DNA from: Microcystaceae cyanobacterium
GTDB lineage: Bacteria; Cyanobacteriota; Cyanobacteriia; Cyanobacteriales; Microcystaceae
Direction of reading: 5' to 3'
DNA: 64,000 nt
NCBI GenBank assembly: GCA_041746575.1
Contig: JBGTGT010000113.1
Span: 1 to 64,000 of the forward strand
Positions within the stretch are counted from its first letter, which is position 1; each line of letters opens with the position of its first letter. Below, one piece after another: positions 9,430-18,035 of this stretch. The notes below the pieces were generated by a model. That model saw only the letters and a program-made list of their open reading frames with translations, had not been told where the DNA came from and did not search any database. The translations under genes were made by a program, and so were the position numbers.

Positions 9430-10059
9430 ATGAATCCGACTACCAACCCAATGGCCGACGCTCAAGCCAATTTTGATGATAAACCGATCATTTTGCATAT
9501 TTTGCCTGATTTTCCGATTACAGGCGCAAGAAGTGCTGCTCATATCCAACAGCACATAGATTTGATTTTATTAACGATTGAAGCATTGGACGTGGGAGCT
9601 TCAGAGTCCATGTTACAGTCCACACAACAGCTTCAACTGGACAAAATTATTAAAAATCGTATTGCGCTTTGGCGTTTACGCTGTAGTAACCCTTGGCGAC
9701 GGTCTTATACCCGTAAAATCTTGACGCTGGATCAAGCAAAAGCACTGGTTATCCTAGCGCATCATCGTGCTAAACAGTTATCCATGCCGATTCGTCAACT
9801 GTTACTAGAAGAACAGAAAATGCGGGCCAAAAATCTGCCGATTACAGGAAATTTTCTTTTATCTGACTATTTAGAGCGGTTTCGTTCTCATTTCTATAGT
9901 CGGATGAATCCCCGAAGAGCAAAAGTCGCTTTCTTTTTAGAAAATGAAGCTGAATTTCATGATTTTGCGTTGTATATGTTAAACCAAGTCTTATTCTTAA
10001 CGGGAACGATGGGTTTACAGCGTTTTTGGGTTAGTTTATTTGATGGAGAAGTCCGATGA
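9430..10059 (+). CDS. DUF3038-type conserved cyanobacterial protein
   Basis: DLILLTIEAL, NRIALWRLR..NP.RR, YLERFRSH..SRMNPRR and G.QRFW.SLFDGE motifs. Confidence 0.8.
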   Translation: MNPTTNPMADAQANFDDKPIILHILPDFPITGARSAAHIQQHIDLILLTIEALDVGASESMLQSTQQLQLDKIIKNRIALWRLRCSNPWRRSYTRKILTLDQAKALVILAHHRAKQLSMPIRQLLLEEQKMRAKNLPITGNFLLSDYLERFRSHFYSRMNPRRAKVAFFLENEAEFHDFALYMLNQVLFLTGTMGLQRFWVSLFDGEVR

Positions 10060-10694
10060 GCAATGTGAGACGACAATATAGTTTACCGAATTGTACTCTC
10101 GTTCTCGATGGACTAGAGGGGGAATCTTTGGGGACTGATGGGGGAGATAATCGGCCGATATTAGATATATTAACGAACATGGAGTGTTATTTTAGCGGTT
10201 TATCTCAAAAGATGGCGGGAGGACGAACTTTACTCGAAAATTTAGTTAAATCAGTCAATTCTTATGCCCAAGAGTGCTTAAGTGGCCTTCCCCATGAGCA
10301 AGAATTAGGAACAGTCGAAAAAGTTGATCAAGTCAAATTAGAAAGAATTGAAGCCAGTCATCTGCATCGTCTAACATGGTGGAGTGAAGGTTTGGAAAAG
10401 CCCCAATCCCTTGACTTAACGACCGTTCAATTATTCGATCTCATTGAAGCCATCGATCAATTTGTAGCAGATAATCGCACTATCCCCAATTTATCGGTTT
10501 CCTTAAACCCTTTGCCACGCCGTTATCGTCTATCCGAAGAATCTCTGCCACAACGGCTTGTTCCTGCTACCGTCGGACTGCTCAGTTTATTGATTGTCGC
10601 TTCACTGGGTTATCTATTACCGATTCCAGAAGTCGAAAAACCAACACCGACTCCAACACCGATTCCCACGCAAAGCACTCCTGACAGTAATTAA
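10056..10694 (+). CDS. DUF4335-type protein with C-terminal TM helix
   Basis: RQYSLPNCTL start, LTTVQLFDL.EAIDQF; ATGA overlap with the upstream gene. Confidence 0.8.
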   Translation: MSNVRRQYSLPNCTLVLDGLEGESLGTDGGDNRPILDILTNMECYFSGLSQKMAGGRTLLENLVKSVNSYAQECLSGLPHEQELGTVEKVDQVKLERIEASHLHRLTWWSEGLEKPQSLDLTTVQLFDLIEAIDQFVADNRTIPNLSVSLNPLPRRYRLSEESLPQRLVPATVGLLSLLIVASLGYLLPIPEVEKPTPTPTPIPTQSTPDSN

Positions 10695-10737
10695 TGAGCG
10701 TTGGAGATAGTAGCAGTAGCCCGATTGGGGTCAATTA

Positions 10738-11073
10738 TCATTGATAGCCACAACAATAATCAAGGCCTAGACTATCTAAAATTAGCTCACTAACGGCATT
10801 GGCGATCGCGAATTCACTGAAAAAGCTTTCACGGAAGTCAAAGGCTTGCATTTCCGTTATAATGGCAATGACTAACGATCCTAAGTCATTTTCCCCTTCT
10901 AATCGCTGTCTGACAAAGATTTGGGCGGCACGGCAAGCGATCGTTTCATTAACGGATTCTGGAATAAACTCTTGATCAAGCCATTTTTGTAAAGAAGTTC
11001 GTAACCATTCTCCTTCTTGTTGAGGATCTTGGATTGGTGGTAGAGTAATAGGAGGAATAGGGTCAGTTTTCAT
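10738..11073 (-). CDS. Conserved hypothetical protein
   Basis: 111 aa ORF; WLDQEFIPE and F.IANAVS motifs. Confidence 0.7.
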   Translation of the reverse strand: MKTDPIPPITLPPIQDPQQEGEWLRTSLQKWLDQEFIPESVNETIACRAAQIFVRQRLEGENDLGSLVIAIITEMQAFDFRESFFSEFAIANAVSELILDSLGLDYCCGYQ

Positions 11074-11140
11074 GATTGAATCTACGGGAATCTGATCAAC
11101 TGAGCTTAATTTAACGACTTTAGGAAACGTTTAAAGATTC

Positions 11141-11719
11141 ATGAACATTGGTTCGATTGGGTCTATTATACAGGCTTACGCTCAAGGTTATTTTTTGATG
11201 GCAGATGAACAGGGGCAACTTGGATGGTACACCAGTCGCCAACGAGCGTTGATTCCCCTAGATGGGCGTTTTCGCTATCCCAAGTCTCTACAGCGTGTTC
11301 TCAATCAAAATCGTTTTACTGTTGCTATTAATCGGGATTTTAAAGCCGTCTGTGAAGGATGCGCCAATCGGGAAATTACATGGATTTCTCAGGAATTAAT
11401 GGAGGTGTATCTGGCTTTAAATGAAGCAGGATGGGCATATAGTTTTGAAACATGGCAGGACGATCAATTGGCAGGGGGGATCTTGGGCATCGTCATTCGG
11501 GGGGCATTTATCGGCGAGTCTATGTTTTTTCGTATTCCCGAAGGCTCAAAAGTGGCGATGGTTAAATTAGTTGAACATCTACGCCAACGCCAGTTTATGT
11601 TATTTGATGCTCAATTACAAAATGAACACTTAGAACGGTTTGGTTCTTATGTTGTGAGGGAGAAAGATTATCAAATTTTATTAAAAAAAGCGTTAGCGAT
11701 TCCCTGTCAGTTTCCCTAA
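11141..11719 (+). CDS. aat: Leucyl/phenylalanyl-tRNA--protein transferase
   Basis: AYAQGYFLMA, TWIS, FIGESMF, SKVAM and HLERFG motifs. Confidence 0.92.
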   Translation: MNIGSIGSIIQAYAQGYFLMADEQGQLGWYTSRQRALIPLDGRFRYPKSLQRVLNQNRFTVAINRDFKAVCEGCANREITWISQELMEVYLALNEAGWAYSFETWQDDQLAGGILGIVIRGAFIGESMFFRIPEGSKVAMVKLVEHLRQRQFMLFDAQLQNEHLERFGSYVVREKDYQILLKKALAIPCQFP

Positions 11720-11731
11720 AGAAATAGAGGT

Positions 11732-11935
11732 TTAATTGTCTTGCTTTTCTTCGTCGGGTTTCATTTCTGGGATAAAATCAGGCCGTTTTGTGTTTTCCCA
11801 GCCGGCAGGTCGCTTTGAGTTGTACCAGGCAACCGAACCGATGGTAACCGCCGCAATAAAGCCAATGACATAGACAGCTACAAAATAAGTTGGAAATTCT
11901 CCAGCAACGCCTAAAAAATATGGCAATATGTTCAT
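11732..11935 (-). CDS. psb35: Photosystem II assembly protein Psb35
   Basis: One TM helix followed by GSVAWYNSKRPAGWE. Confidence 0.75.
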   Translation of the reverse strand: MNILPYFLGVAGEFPTYFVAVYVIGFIAAVTIGSVAWYNSKRPAGWENTKRPDFIPEMKPDEEKQDN

Positions 11936-12036
11936 TTTTAATCTGTCCTAATTCATTTTAGTTAACGCTATTTTATCAAAAAAGGTTCAGTTACCGCAAA
12001 CGATCGCTTGGTGTTAGCCCTTTTCTACCCTTTTGA

Positions 12037-12420
12037 CTATCCGCCCGGTTTACAAACATTGTAATCTTCATGGGAAATGACGGCTTCTGGCACAAGTAAG
12101 CTTCCTTGATCTCGACAAATTAGTCGATAATGACGAGTGACAGGAATACTAATAATAAAGCGATCATGACGCAATCGCTTACCTCGAAAAGCTCTATAAT
12201 TCTGCTGATTTTGCAACCCCTGAATAATTTGCCTAGCTTTTAGGACTACATTTCTGGGTAAATTGTGTAAATCAATAGGATCTTGGTCGAAAGTGGACTC
12301 CCACGCCTGCTTTTCCTGTTTTTTGATCTCCCAGTCTGATTGTTCTTGGGCGCATCGATGACAAACTTGACCATAACCTCGATGACCACAGGGAAATTGT
12401 TTTTTTTGTCTCCTCGCCAT
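12037..12420 (-). CDS. Hypothetical protein: Cys/His metal-binding motif plus possible RelE/ParE-like C-terminal domain
   Basis: FPCGH..YG..CHRC; C-terminal GKRL...ISIPVTRHYRLI...SHEDYN. ATG 12420 preferred. Confidence 0.65.
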   Translation of the reverse strand: MARRQKKQFPCGHRGYGQVCHRCAQEQSDWEIKKQEKQAWESTFDQDPIDLHNLPRNVVLKARQIIQGLQNQQNYRAFRGKRLRHDRFIISIPVTRHYRLICRDQGSLLVPEAVISHEDYNVCKPGG

Positions 12421-12668
12421 ATTGCCATCACCCCTATCAGCATTGTTCAATGACTGCGCAATAAGCAGTTAAGACATTAATCTTTCTGTTGACAGATAAC
12501 GAAGGATTTTATTCTGAAACTGCTTTTGATTCTCCTTTCAGCATACTAGAAGTATTCTCCCTAACCAAATGACAAATTGTTAAAGAGATATTAGGTTTTT
12601 ATCTTCCCTCTTAATCCCGATGTTATTATGGGATTTGAAAGAGAATTTTAGCAACTAAGGTCAGAAAA

Positions 12669-12884
12669 ATGACGGAAAATTTACAAAAAAACGATCCTAA
12701 CGCTGAATTTCGTGACTTAGATTCTGCTGACCCCGTAAAAAGAGCCGTATGTCGAGAAAAAGCCCAAGACATCATTGCCAGTCCTGAAATTAATCTCGAA
12801 GAAAGAGCGGCCGTCACAGACCGACTTCTGGAAGCAAATCAAACCTTAACCTTCAAAAATGTCACGAAAGATGAAAGTTACTAG
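12669..12884 (+). CDS. Small hypothetical protein
   Basis: 71 aa ATG ORF in an otherwise empty gap, protein-like composition. Confidence 0.6.
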   Translation: MTENLQKNDPNAEFRDLDSADPVKRAVCREKAQDIIASPEINLEERAAVTDRLLEANQTLTFKNVTKDESY

Positions 12885-13042
12885 GTGAAAGTGTGAAATA
12901 CGAGGTTTAATCTTGACATCCTTAACCCCTTATTTTCTTTCTCCCCAATTTTTCCGACCGCCTGCCGATCGTCATTAATAACGCCAAAAAGAGATGATAT
13001 GATGGTAAGGTTTACCCTTTTTGATCTCCGTGCGGATAGAGA

Positions 13043-14224
13043 ATGACTGCTAGTTGGATTTGTCGTGCTGATCGTTTATTAAATCTCCCTCCCTATGTTT
13101 TTGCCCGTTTAGATGAATTAAAAGCTAAGGCAAAAGAACAAGGACTGGACTTAATCGATTTAGGCATGGGTAATCCCGATGGCATGGCACCTCAACCGAT
13201 TATTCAGGCGGCAATCCAGGCGATGTCCATGCCTCGCTATCATGGATATCCTCCCTTTGAAGGGACAGCTAGTTTTCGTCAAGCGATTACAAATTGGTAC
13301 AAACGCCAATATGACGTTGACTTGAACCCAGACAGTGAAGCCTTACCCCTATTGGGATCAAAAGAAGGACTAGCGCATCTTGCTTTAGCTTATATTAATG
13401 CAGGAGATACGGTCTTAGTCCCTAGCCCCTCTTATCCTGCTCATTTTCGGGGTCCCATGATTGCAGGCGGCAAAATTCACCCGATTATGCTCTCTGCTGA
13501 CCAAGATTGGCTCATTGATCTTTCAACTATTCCCGAAAGTGTCGCCCAACAAGCGAAAATTCTTTATTTTAATTATCCGAATAATCCGACAACGGCAGTC
13601 GCACCTAAAGCATTTTTCGAGGAAATTGTGCAGTGGGCGCATCATTATGAAGTGATTCTCGTTCATGATCTGTGTTACGCAGAATTAGCCTTTGATCGTT
13701 ATCAACCCACCAGTCTTTTGGAAATTAAAGGCGCAAAAGAATTAGGCGTCGAATTTCATACCTTATCGAAGACTTATAACATGGCGGGTTGGCGAGTGGG
13801 TTTTGTCGTTGGCAATTCCGACTTAATTCAAGGATTACGCACCCTCAAAACCAATATGGATTATGGCATCTTTTCAGTGGTGCAAGCGGCGGCAGAAAAA
13901 GCATTACAGTTACCCCGTTCTTACATTGAAATTGTCCAAGAACGCTATGCAAAGCGACGAGATTTTATCATTAAGGGGTTAGCAGAATTAGGTTGGCAAA
14001 TTAAGCCCTCTCAAGCCACTATGTATTTGTGGATTCCTGTGACAAGGGGGATGAATTCAACGGATTTCGCTTTGGATGTTTTAGAAAAAACGGGCATTGT
14101 TTTTACTCCCGGTCGTGCTTTTGGGGAAGGGGGAGAAGGGTATGTTAGAGTGAGTTTGATTGCTGATTGCGATCGCTTAGGGGAAGCCTTATCTCGTCTC
14201 AAGCAAGCCGGAATTCGCTATTAA
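13043..14224 (+). CDS. PLP-dependent class I/II aminotransferase (aspartate/LL-DAP aminotransferase-like)
   Basis: DLGMGNPD, NYPNNPT, HDLCY and TLSKTYNMAGWRVG motifs. Confidence 0.92.
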   Translation: MTASWICRADRLLNLPPYVFARLDELKAKAKEQGLDLIDLGMGNPDGMAPQPIIQAAIQAMSMPRYHGYPPFEGTASFRQAITNWYKRQYDVDLNPDSEALPLLGSKEGLAHLALAYINAGDTVLVPSPSYPAHFRGPMIAGGKIHPIMLSADQDWLIDLSTIPESVAQQAKILYFNYPNNPTTAVAPKAFFEEIVQWAHHYEVILVHDLCYAELAFDRYQPTSLLEIKGAKELGVEFHTLSKTYNMAGWRVGFVVGNSDLIQGLRTLKTNMDYGIFSVVQAAAEKALQLPRSYIEIVQERYAKRRDFIIKGLAELGWQIKPSQATMYLWIPVTRGMNSTDFALDVLEKTGIVFTPGRAFGEGGEGYVRVSLIADCDRLGEALSRLKQAGIRY

Positions 14225-14301
14225 GCTCTACAGTTGTAGATAGAAATTAGGGTGCTTGGGAACGTTTGCGGTAGTGATAGTAGCGGGTTGTAGCCCGATG
14301 A

Positions 14302-14475
14302 ACAGACGGGAATATTGCCGCTTTAGCTCGTCATCTGAACATGAGAAAAAATGCGCTCTGGTTATGATGTAATGGAAAAAATCAGCCTTCTTTAGAAGCT
14401 TTATTGAGGATTTGCTATCAATTAAAGATAAAGTTGATGGAGCTATTACTAAATACAGATTACTCTTTGAGTTAG
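14302..14475 (+). pseudogene. Fragment of an XRE-type HTH, resembling the C-terminal HTH region of cyanobacterial TniQ/TnsD proteins
   Basis: TDGNIAALARHLNMRKNALWL*CNGKNQPSLEALLRICYQLKIKLMELL; internal TGA at 14365 and no start codon. Confidence 0.55.
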
Positions 14476-14529
14476 AAAAGCCTTTCAAGAGGCTAGAGAG
14501 CGTTTATGTAATCCTCGTTTATCATTAAA

Positions 14530-14568
14530 GGAAGCATATCGTTTCCGTCATCAAAATAATATGCTTCC
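14530..14568 (-). terminator. Stem-loop downstream of tRNA-Ala
   Basis: Perfect 10-bp inverted repeat GGAAGCATAT...ATATGCTTCC. Confidence 0.5.
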
Positions 14569-14607
14569 CGTCTCAAAAATTTTAGAACAAAAAAACCTAA
14601 AATTAAA

Positions 14608-14680
14608 TGGAGGTTAGCGGACTTGAACCGCTGACATCCTGCTTGCAAAGCAGGCGCTCTACCAACTGAGCTAAACCCCC
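14608..14680 (-). tRNA. tRNA-Ala(UGC)
   Basis: GGGGGTTTAGCTCAGTTGGTAGAGCGCCTGCTTTGCAAGCAGGATGTCAGCGGTTCAAGTCCGCTAACCTCCA; cloverleaf with G3:U70. Confidence 0.97.
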
Positions 14681-14793
14681 TTAGGATGGAAAAATCTTTG
14701 AGCCAATTGGTTCAGAAATTTATTCACCTTTGCTATTATACACACAGACGCAAAAAATGATCAATCTTTTTTATTGAGAATTTGGTTAACCTC

Positions 14794-15696
14794 ATGACCC
14801 GAACTGTTGCAACATTCTACCAATTTGTCTCTCTACTGGATTGTGAAGCTAAAAAAGCAGAAATTAAAGCTTTATGCCAGCAATTAAACCTAAAAGGAAC
14901 GGTATTACTGGCAGAAGAAGGAGTAAATGGCACAATTGCTGGTTTTCAAGCCGATATCGAGCAGTTTTTTGGGCAGTTGTCATCGGATCATCGATTTTGC
15001 AATCTAGCGATCAAATTTTCCTCAGTGGAATTTTGCCCCTTTGAGCGGTTAAAAGTGAAAATCAAGTCAGAAATCGTTACCTTTGGTCAACCTCAAGCGA
15101 ATCCTACTGAAAAAGTCGGTATTCACGTTTCTCCCCAAGAATGGAACAACCTCATTCAAGATCCCGATCTAGTGGTCATTGATACTCGTAATAATTACGA
15201 ATTCGCTATTGGTAGCTTCAAGGGAGCGAAAAATCCAAAAACCCGCACCTTTCGAGAATTTCCGGCTTATGTCCAGCAAAACCTCGATCCACAACGGGAG
15301 AAAAAAATTGCTATGTTTTGCACAGGGGGGATTCGGTGTGAAAAAGCGTCTTCTTATTTGCTTAATCAAGGATTTGAGCAGGTTTATCAACTTGAAGGCG
15401 GAATTTTAAAATATTTAGCAGAAATTGATCAGCAAGAAAGTTTATGGGAAGGAGAATGTTTCGTCTTTGATGAACGGGTTTCAGTGACGGAAAAGACAGC
15501 AGTGGGTCATTATAAATTATGTTTAGGCTGTGGTTATCCCTTATCCCCCCAAGAGACGCAATTGCCGCAATATGAAGAGGGAATCTGTTGTCATCATTGC
15601 TACGCCGAATTAACCCCCCAAAAGCGTCAACGTCAGGTCGAAAAATTTAAACAACATTTGAGACAACAATCCGCAAACAACAGACTAATCTCTTGA
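14794..15696 (+). CDS. trhO: Oxygen-dependent tRNA uridine(34) hydroxylase (rhodanese, UPF0176)
   Basis: DTRNNYE..IG.F, MFCTGGIRCEKAS, LEGGILKY and GECFVFDERV motifs. Confidence 0.9.
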   Translation: MTRTVATFYQFVSLLDCEAKKAEIKALCQQLNLKGTVLLAEEGVNGTIAGFQADIEQFFGQLSSDHRFCNLAIKFSSVEFCPFERLKVKIKSEIVTFGQPQANPTEKVGIHVSPQEWNNLIQDPDLVVIDTRNNYEFAIGSFKGAKNPKTRTFREFPAYVQQNLDPQREKKIAMFCTGGIRCEKASSYLLNQGFEQVYQLEGGILKYLAEIDQQESLWEGECFVFDERVSVTEKTAVGHYKLCLGCGYPLSPQETQLPQYEEGICCHHCYAELTPQKRQRQVEKFKQHLRQQSANNRLIS

Positions 15697-15705
15697 TCCC
15701 TTTTT

Positions 15706-17727
15706 CTAATCATGAGATAAAAGGGAAATTGTATGAGTATCGGTAAGGGGAAGCGGAAGAGGACAGAAGGCGCGTTCTTGATATACCACTAAATCAAACC
15801 AAAAAGTTGTTCCTATACCTACTTCACTAATTAGATAAATTTGACTGTGGTGTTTTTGAATAATATTTTTAACAATTGATAAACCTAAACCCGTTCCTTC
15901 TAAGGTATGTACCCGATTTTCCACGCGATAGAAGCGGTCAAAAATAGCGTCTTGATCTTCTTGATCAATGCCGATTCCTGTATCTGAAATTTCAACTCTA
16001 ACTTGAGGGTAAGAACGCAGATCAGCAGTTTCAAAATGCGTTGGAATTTGATAGGCACGAATCGCAACTTTTCCGCCTGATTCTGTAAACTTTAAGGCAT
16101 TTCCTAAGAGGTTAGTCATCACTTGTAAAAGTAAATCATAATGACCTAAAACCATTGGTAAATCGGATTCAATATCTTGAATTAATTCTAAATTTTTGTC
16201 CTTAGCATTGAGTTGATAGGTGCGCAGGGTTTGTTCGATGAGTTGCCCTAAATCTACTTGATCTAAGTGGTATATTTTAGAAGACTCTAAGCGGGATAAA
16301 TCGAGAACATCGTTGACTAAACGAGTCAGGCGATCTGTTTCGTGATTAGCCGTCGCTAGAAATTCTCTGCGTTCTATTTCTGTTAAATCTTCCCCAAATT
16401 CAGATAGCGTTTCAATGAAAGATTTAATATTAAATAAAGGAGTTCTTAATTCATGGGAAACATTACTAATAAATTGACTCTTTGCCTCGTTTAATTCAAC
16501 TTCGCGCGTAATATCTTGCACTGTCATCGCAATCCCTTTTGGATTTTCTTTATATTGATCCAATACCTGCGTTAACATAATACGAACTGTTCGAGAATTC
16601 GGCGGTTTTAGGTGAATCCGAAATTCTCCGGTAGAAGTCTCTCCTTCTGTTTCAGCATTATCTAGCATTTGATGCGTCTTTTCTTCATACTCTAATTTTC
16701 TAAGCGATAATTTTTGCAGAGAATTTTTGATTTGATGAATAATTTCGGAAGGCAAATAATCCAAGATATTTTGACCAATCACCTCTTGATTTTCCCAATT
16801 TAGAATTCGTCTGGCTGTCGGGTTGACTAAGAGAAGATTTAAGTTAGTATCCAACAAAAGTGCGCCATCAGCAATAGTCGAAACCAATGTTTCTAATTTT
16901 GCTTTTTCGGCGGTCATTTCTTCAATATTTTGCTCTTCATAGTTAGCCAATTTTTCAGCCATTTCATTAAAACTAACGATCAGTTCTCCTAGTTCTCCTC
17001 CAAAGGGCAAACCAATTCTTTGCTTGAAGTTTCCTGTCGTAATGTTTTTAACCCCGACTAAGAGTTCTTTAATCGGTTTTGTGATGGTTAGCGCATTAAA
17101 AACACCTCCCAAAATGACCATCGCCCAAATTGAGACAAAGACAGCAATCGTTACGTCGCGAGTGAGATTAGAAGAAGCAACAACCGTAGGATTAGGGTTA
17201 ATCCCAATAGCTAAAACGCCGAAGTCTTTTCCTCCCTGTTTTAGGGGAACAAAAACATCGGTTACTTCCCCATCTGGACTTTGATGTTGACGCACGACGG
17301 GTAGATCAGCATGATTAGAATTATGCTCGGGAATTTCAATTCGTCTTTCTAACGTTAAAGAGTTATGAACTTCAGCTTGAGAATAGGGAATACCAAAAAA
17401 GATTTTACCTTCAGGATCAGCATAAATCAGGTAGCGAACGCTAGAAGTACTCTCAAAAAAACGGCTAGAAAAACGGGCAACTTCAGTTAAATTATTTTCG
17501 ACAATTAGAGGAGTAACATTTGAGGCAAGGAGTAAACCCAAATCTCGGCCGAAACGAGTATCACTGATACGGGCATCCTCTTGTATCGTATTAACTGCCC
17601 AAAAAGTAAGGCCACTCATCAATAAAGATACAGCAAGGGTTGCGGCGGCCATCAGTTTCGTTTGTAAGGTAAATTCAGACCACCAGCGAGCAAGGGCTTC
17701 TCCCATGGTTTGAAATAGCGTCAACAA
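15706..17727 (-). CDS. nblS: Sensor histidine kinase NblS/Hik33 (HAMP-PAS-HisKA-HATPase)
   Basis: WWSEFTLQTKLMAAATL, TRFGRDLGLLLA, SHELRTPLFNIKSFIETL and RVHTLEGTGLGL motifs. Confidence 0.93.
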   Translation of the reverse strand: MLTLFQTMGEALARWWSEFTLQTKLMAAATLAVSLLMSGLTFWAVNTIQEDARISDTRFGRDLGLLLASNVTPLIVENNLTEVARFSSRFFESTSSVRYLIYADPEGKIFFGIPYSQAEVHNSLTLERRIEIPEHNSNHADLPVVRQHQSPDGEVTDVFVPLKQGGKDFGVLAIGINPNPTVVASSNLTRDVTIAVFVSIWAMVILGGVFNALTITKPIKELLVGVKNITTGNFKQRIGLPFGGELGELIVSFNEMAEKLANYEEQNIEEMTAEKAKLETLVSTIADGALLLDTNLNLLLVNPTARRILNWENQEVIGQNILDYLPSEIIHQIKNSLQKLSLRKLEYEEKTHQMLDNAETEGETSTGEFRIHLKPPNSRTVRIMLTQVLDQYKENPKGIAMTVQDITREVELNEAKSQFISNVSHELRTPLFNIKSFIETLSEFGEDLTEIERREFLATANHETDRLTRLVNDVLDLSRLESSKIYHLDQVDLGQLIEQTLRTYQLNAKDKNLELIQDIESDLPMVLGHYDLLLQVMTNLLGNALKFTESGGKVAIRAYQIPTHFETADLRSYPQVRVEISDTGIGIDQEDQDAIFDRFYRVENRVHTLEGTGLGLSIVKNIIQKHHSQIYLISEVGIGTTFWFDLVVYQERAFCPLPLPLTDTHTISLLSHD

Positions 17728-18035
17728 AATCTATCCTACACAGTTATAATGATTACAGGGATTTTAGCGTTTCTTAATTATATCGTTTCTGTTGTCTTTA
17801 CTGTAAATGATTCATCCCTAACCTGTGAGTATTCTTTAGAAAAAACTTTTTCTCTCTCATTACTTTGCTTAACGCTTCATCGATTGATTATCGTTTAAAG
17901 AGATTAGAAGTCTATTAGATAAAATTAGCTCTTAATTGCAGTTTAAGACCTTTTTTTTTTATTTATTCAAATTTAGGACGATTTTTAACATTATAATTTT
18001 AATCATTCCATTATGAAATCAAGATAGTTGAACTC

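Noticed and set aside
14227..14241. TCTACAGTTGTAGAT resembles the 3' stem of Cas12a CRISPR repeats
   Set aside because: Single copy, no AATT prefix, no spacers and no cas genes; I saw no CRISPR array anywhere in the window.
10706..14299. Short similarity GATAGTAGC...GTAGCCCGAT at about 10706 and 14276
   Set aside because: Two short gapped matches in 64 kb with no shared structure; compatible with chance.
14228..14488. 86-aa minus-strand ORF
   Set aside because: TTG start and no motif; the opposite strand carries the recognisable HTH remnant.
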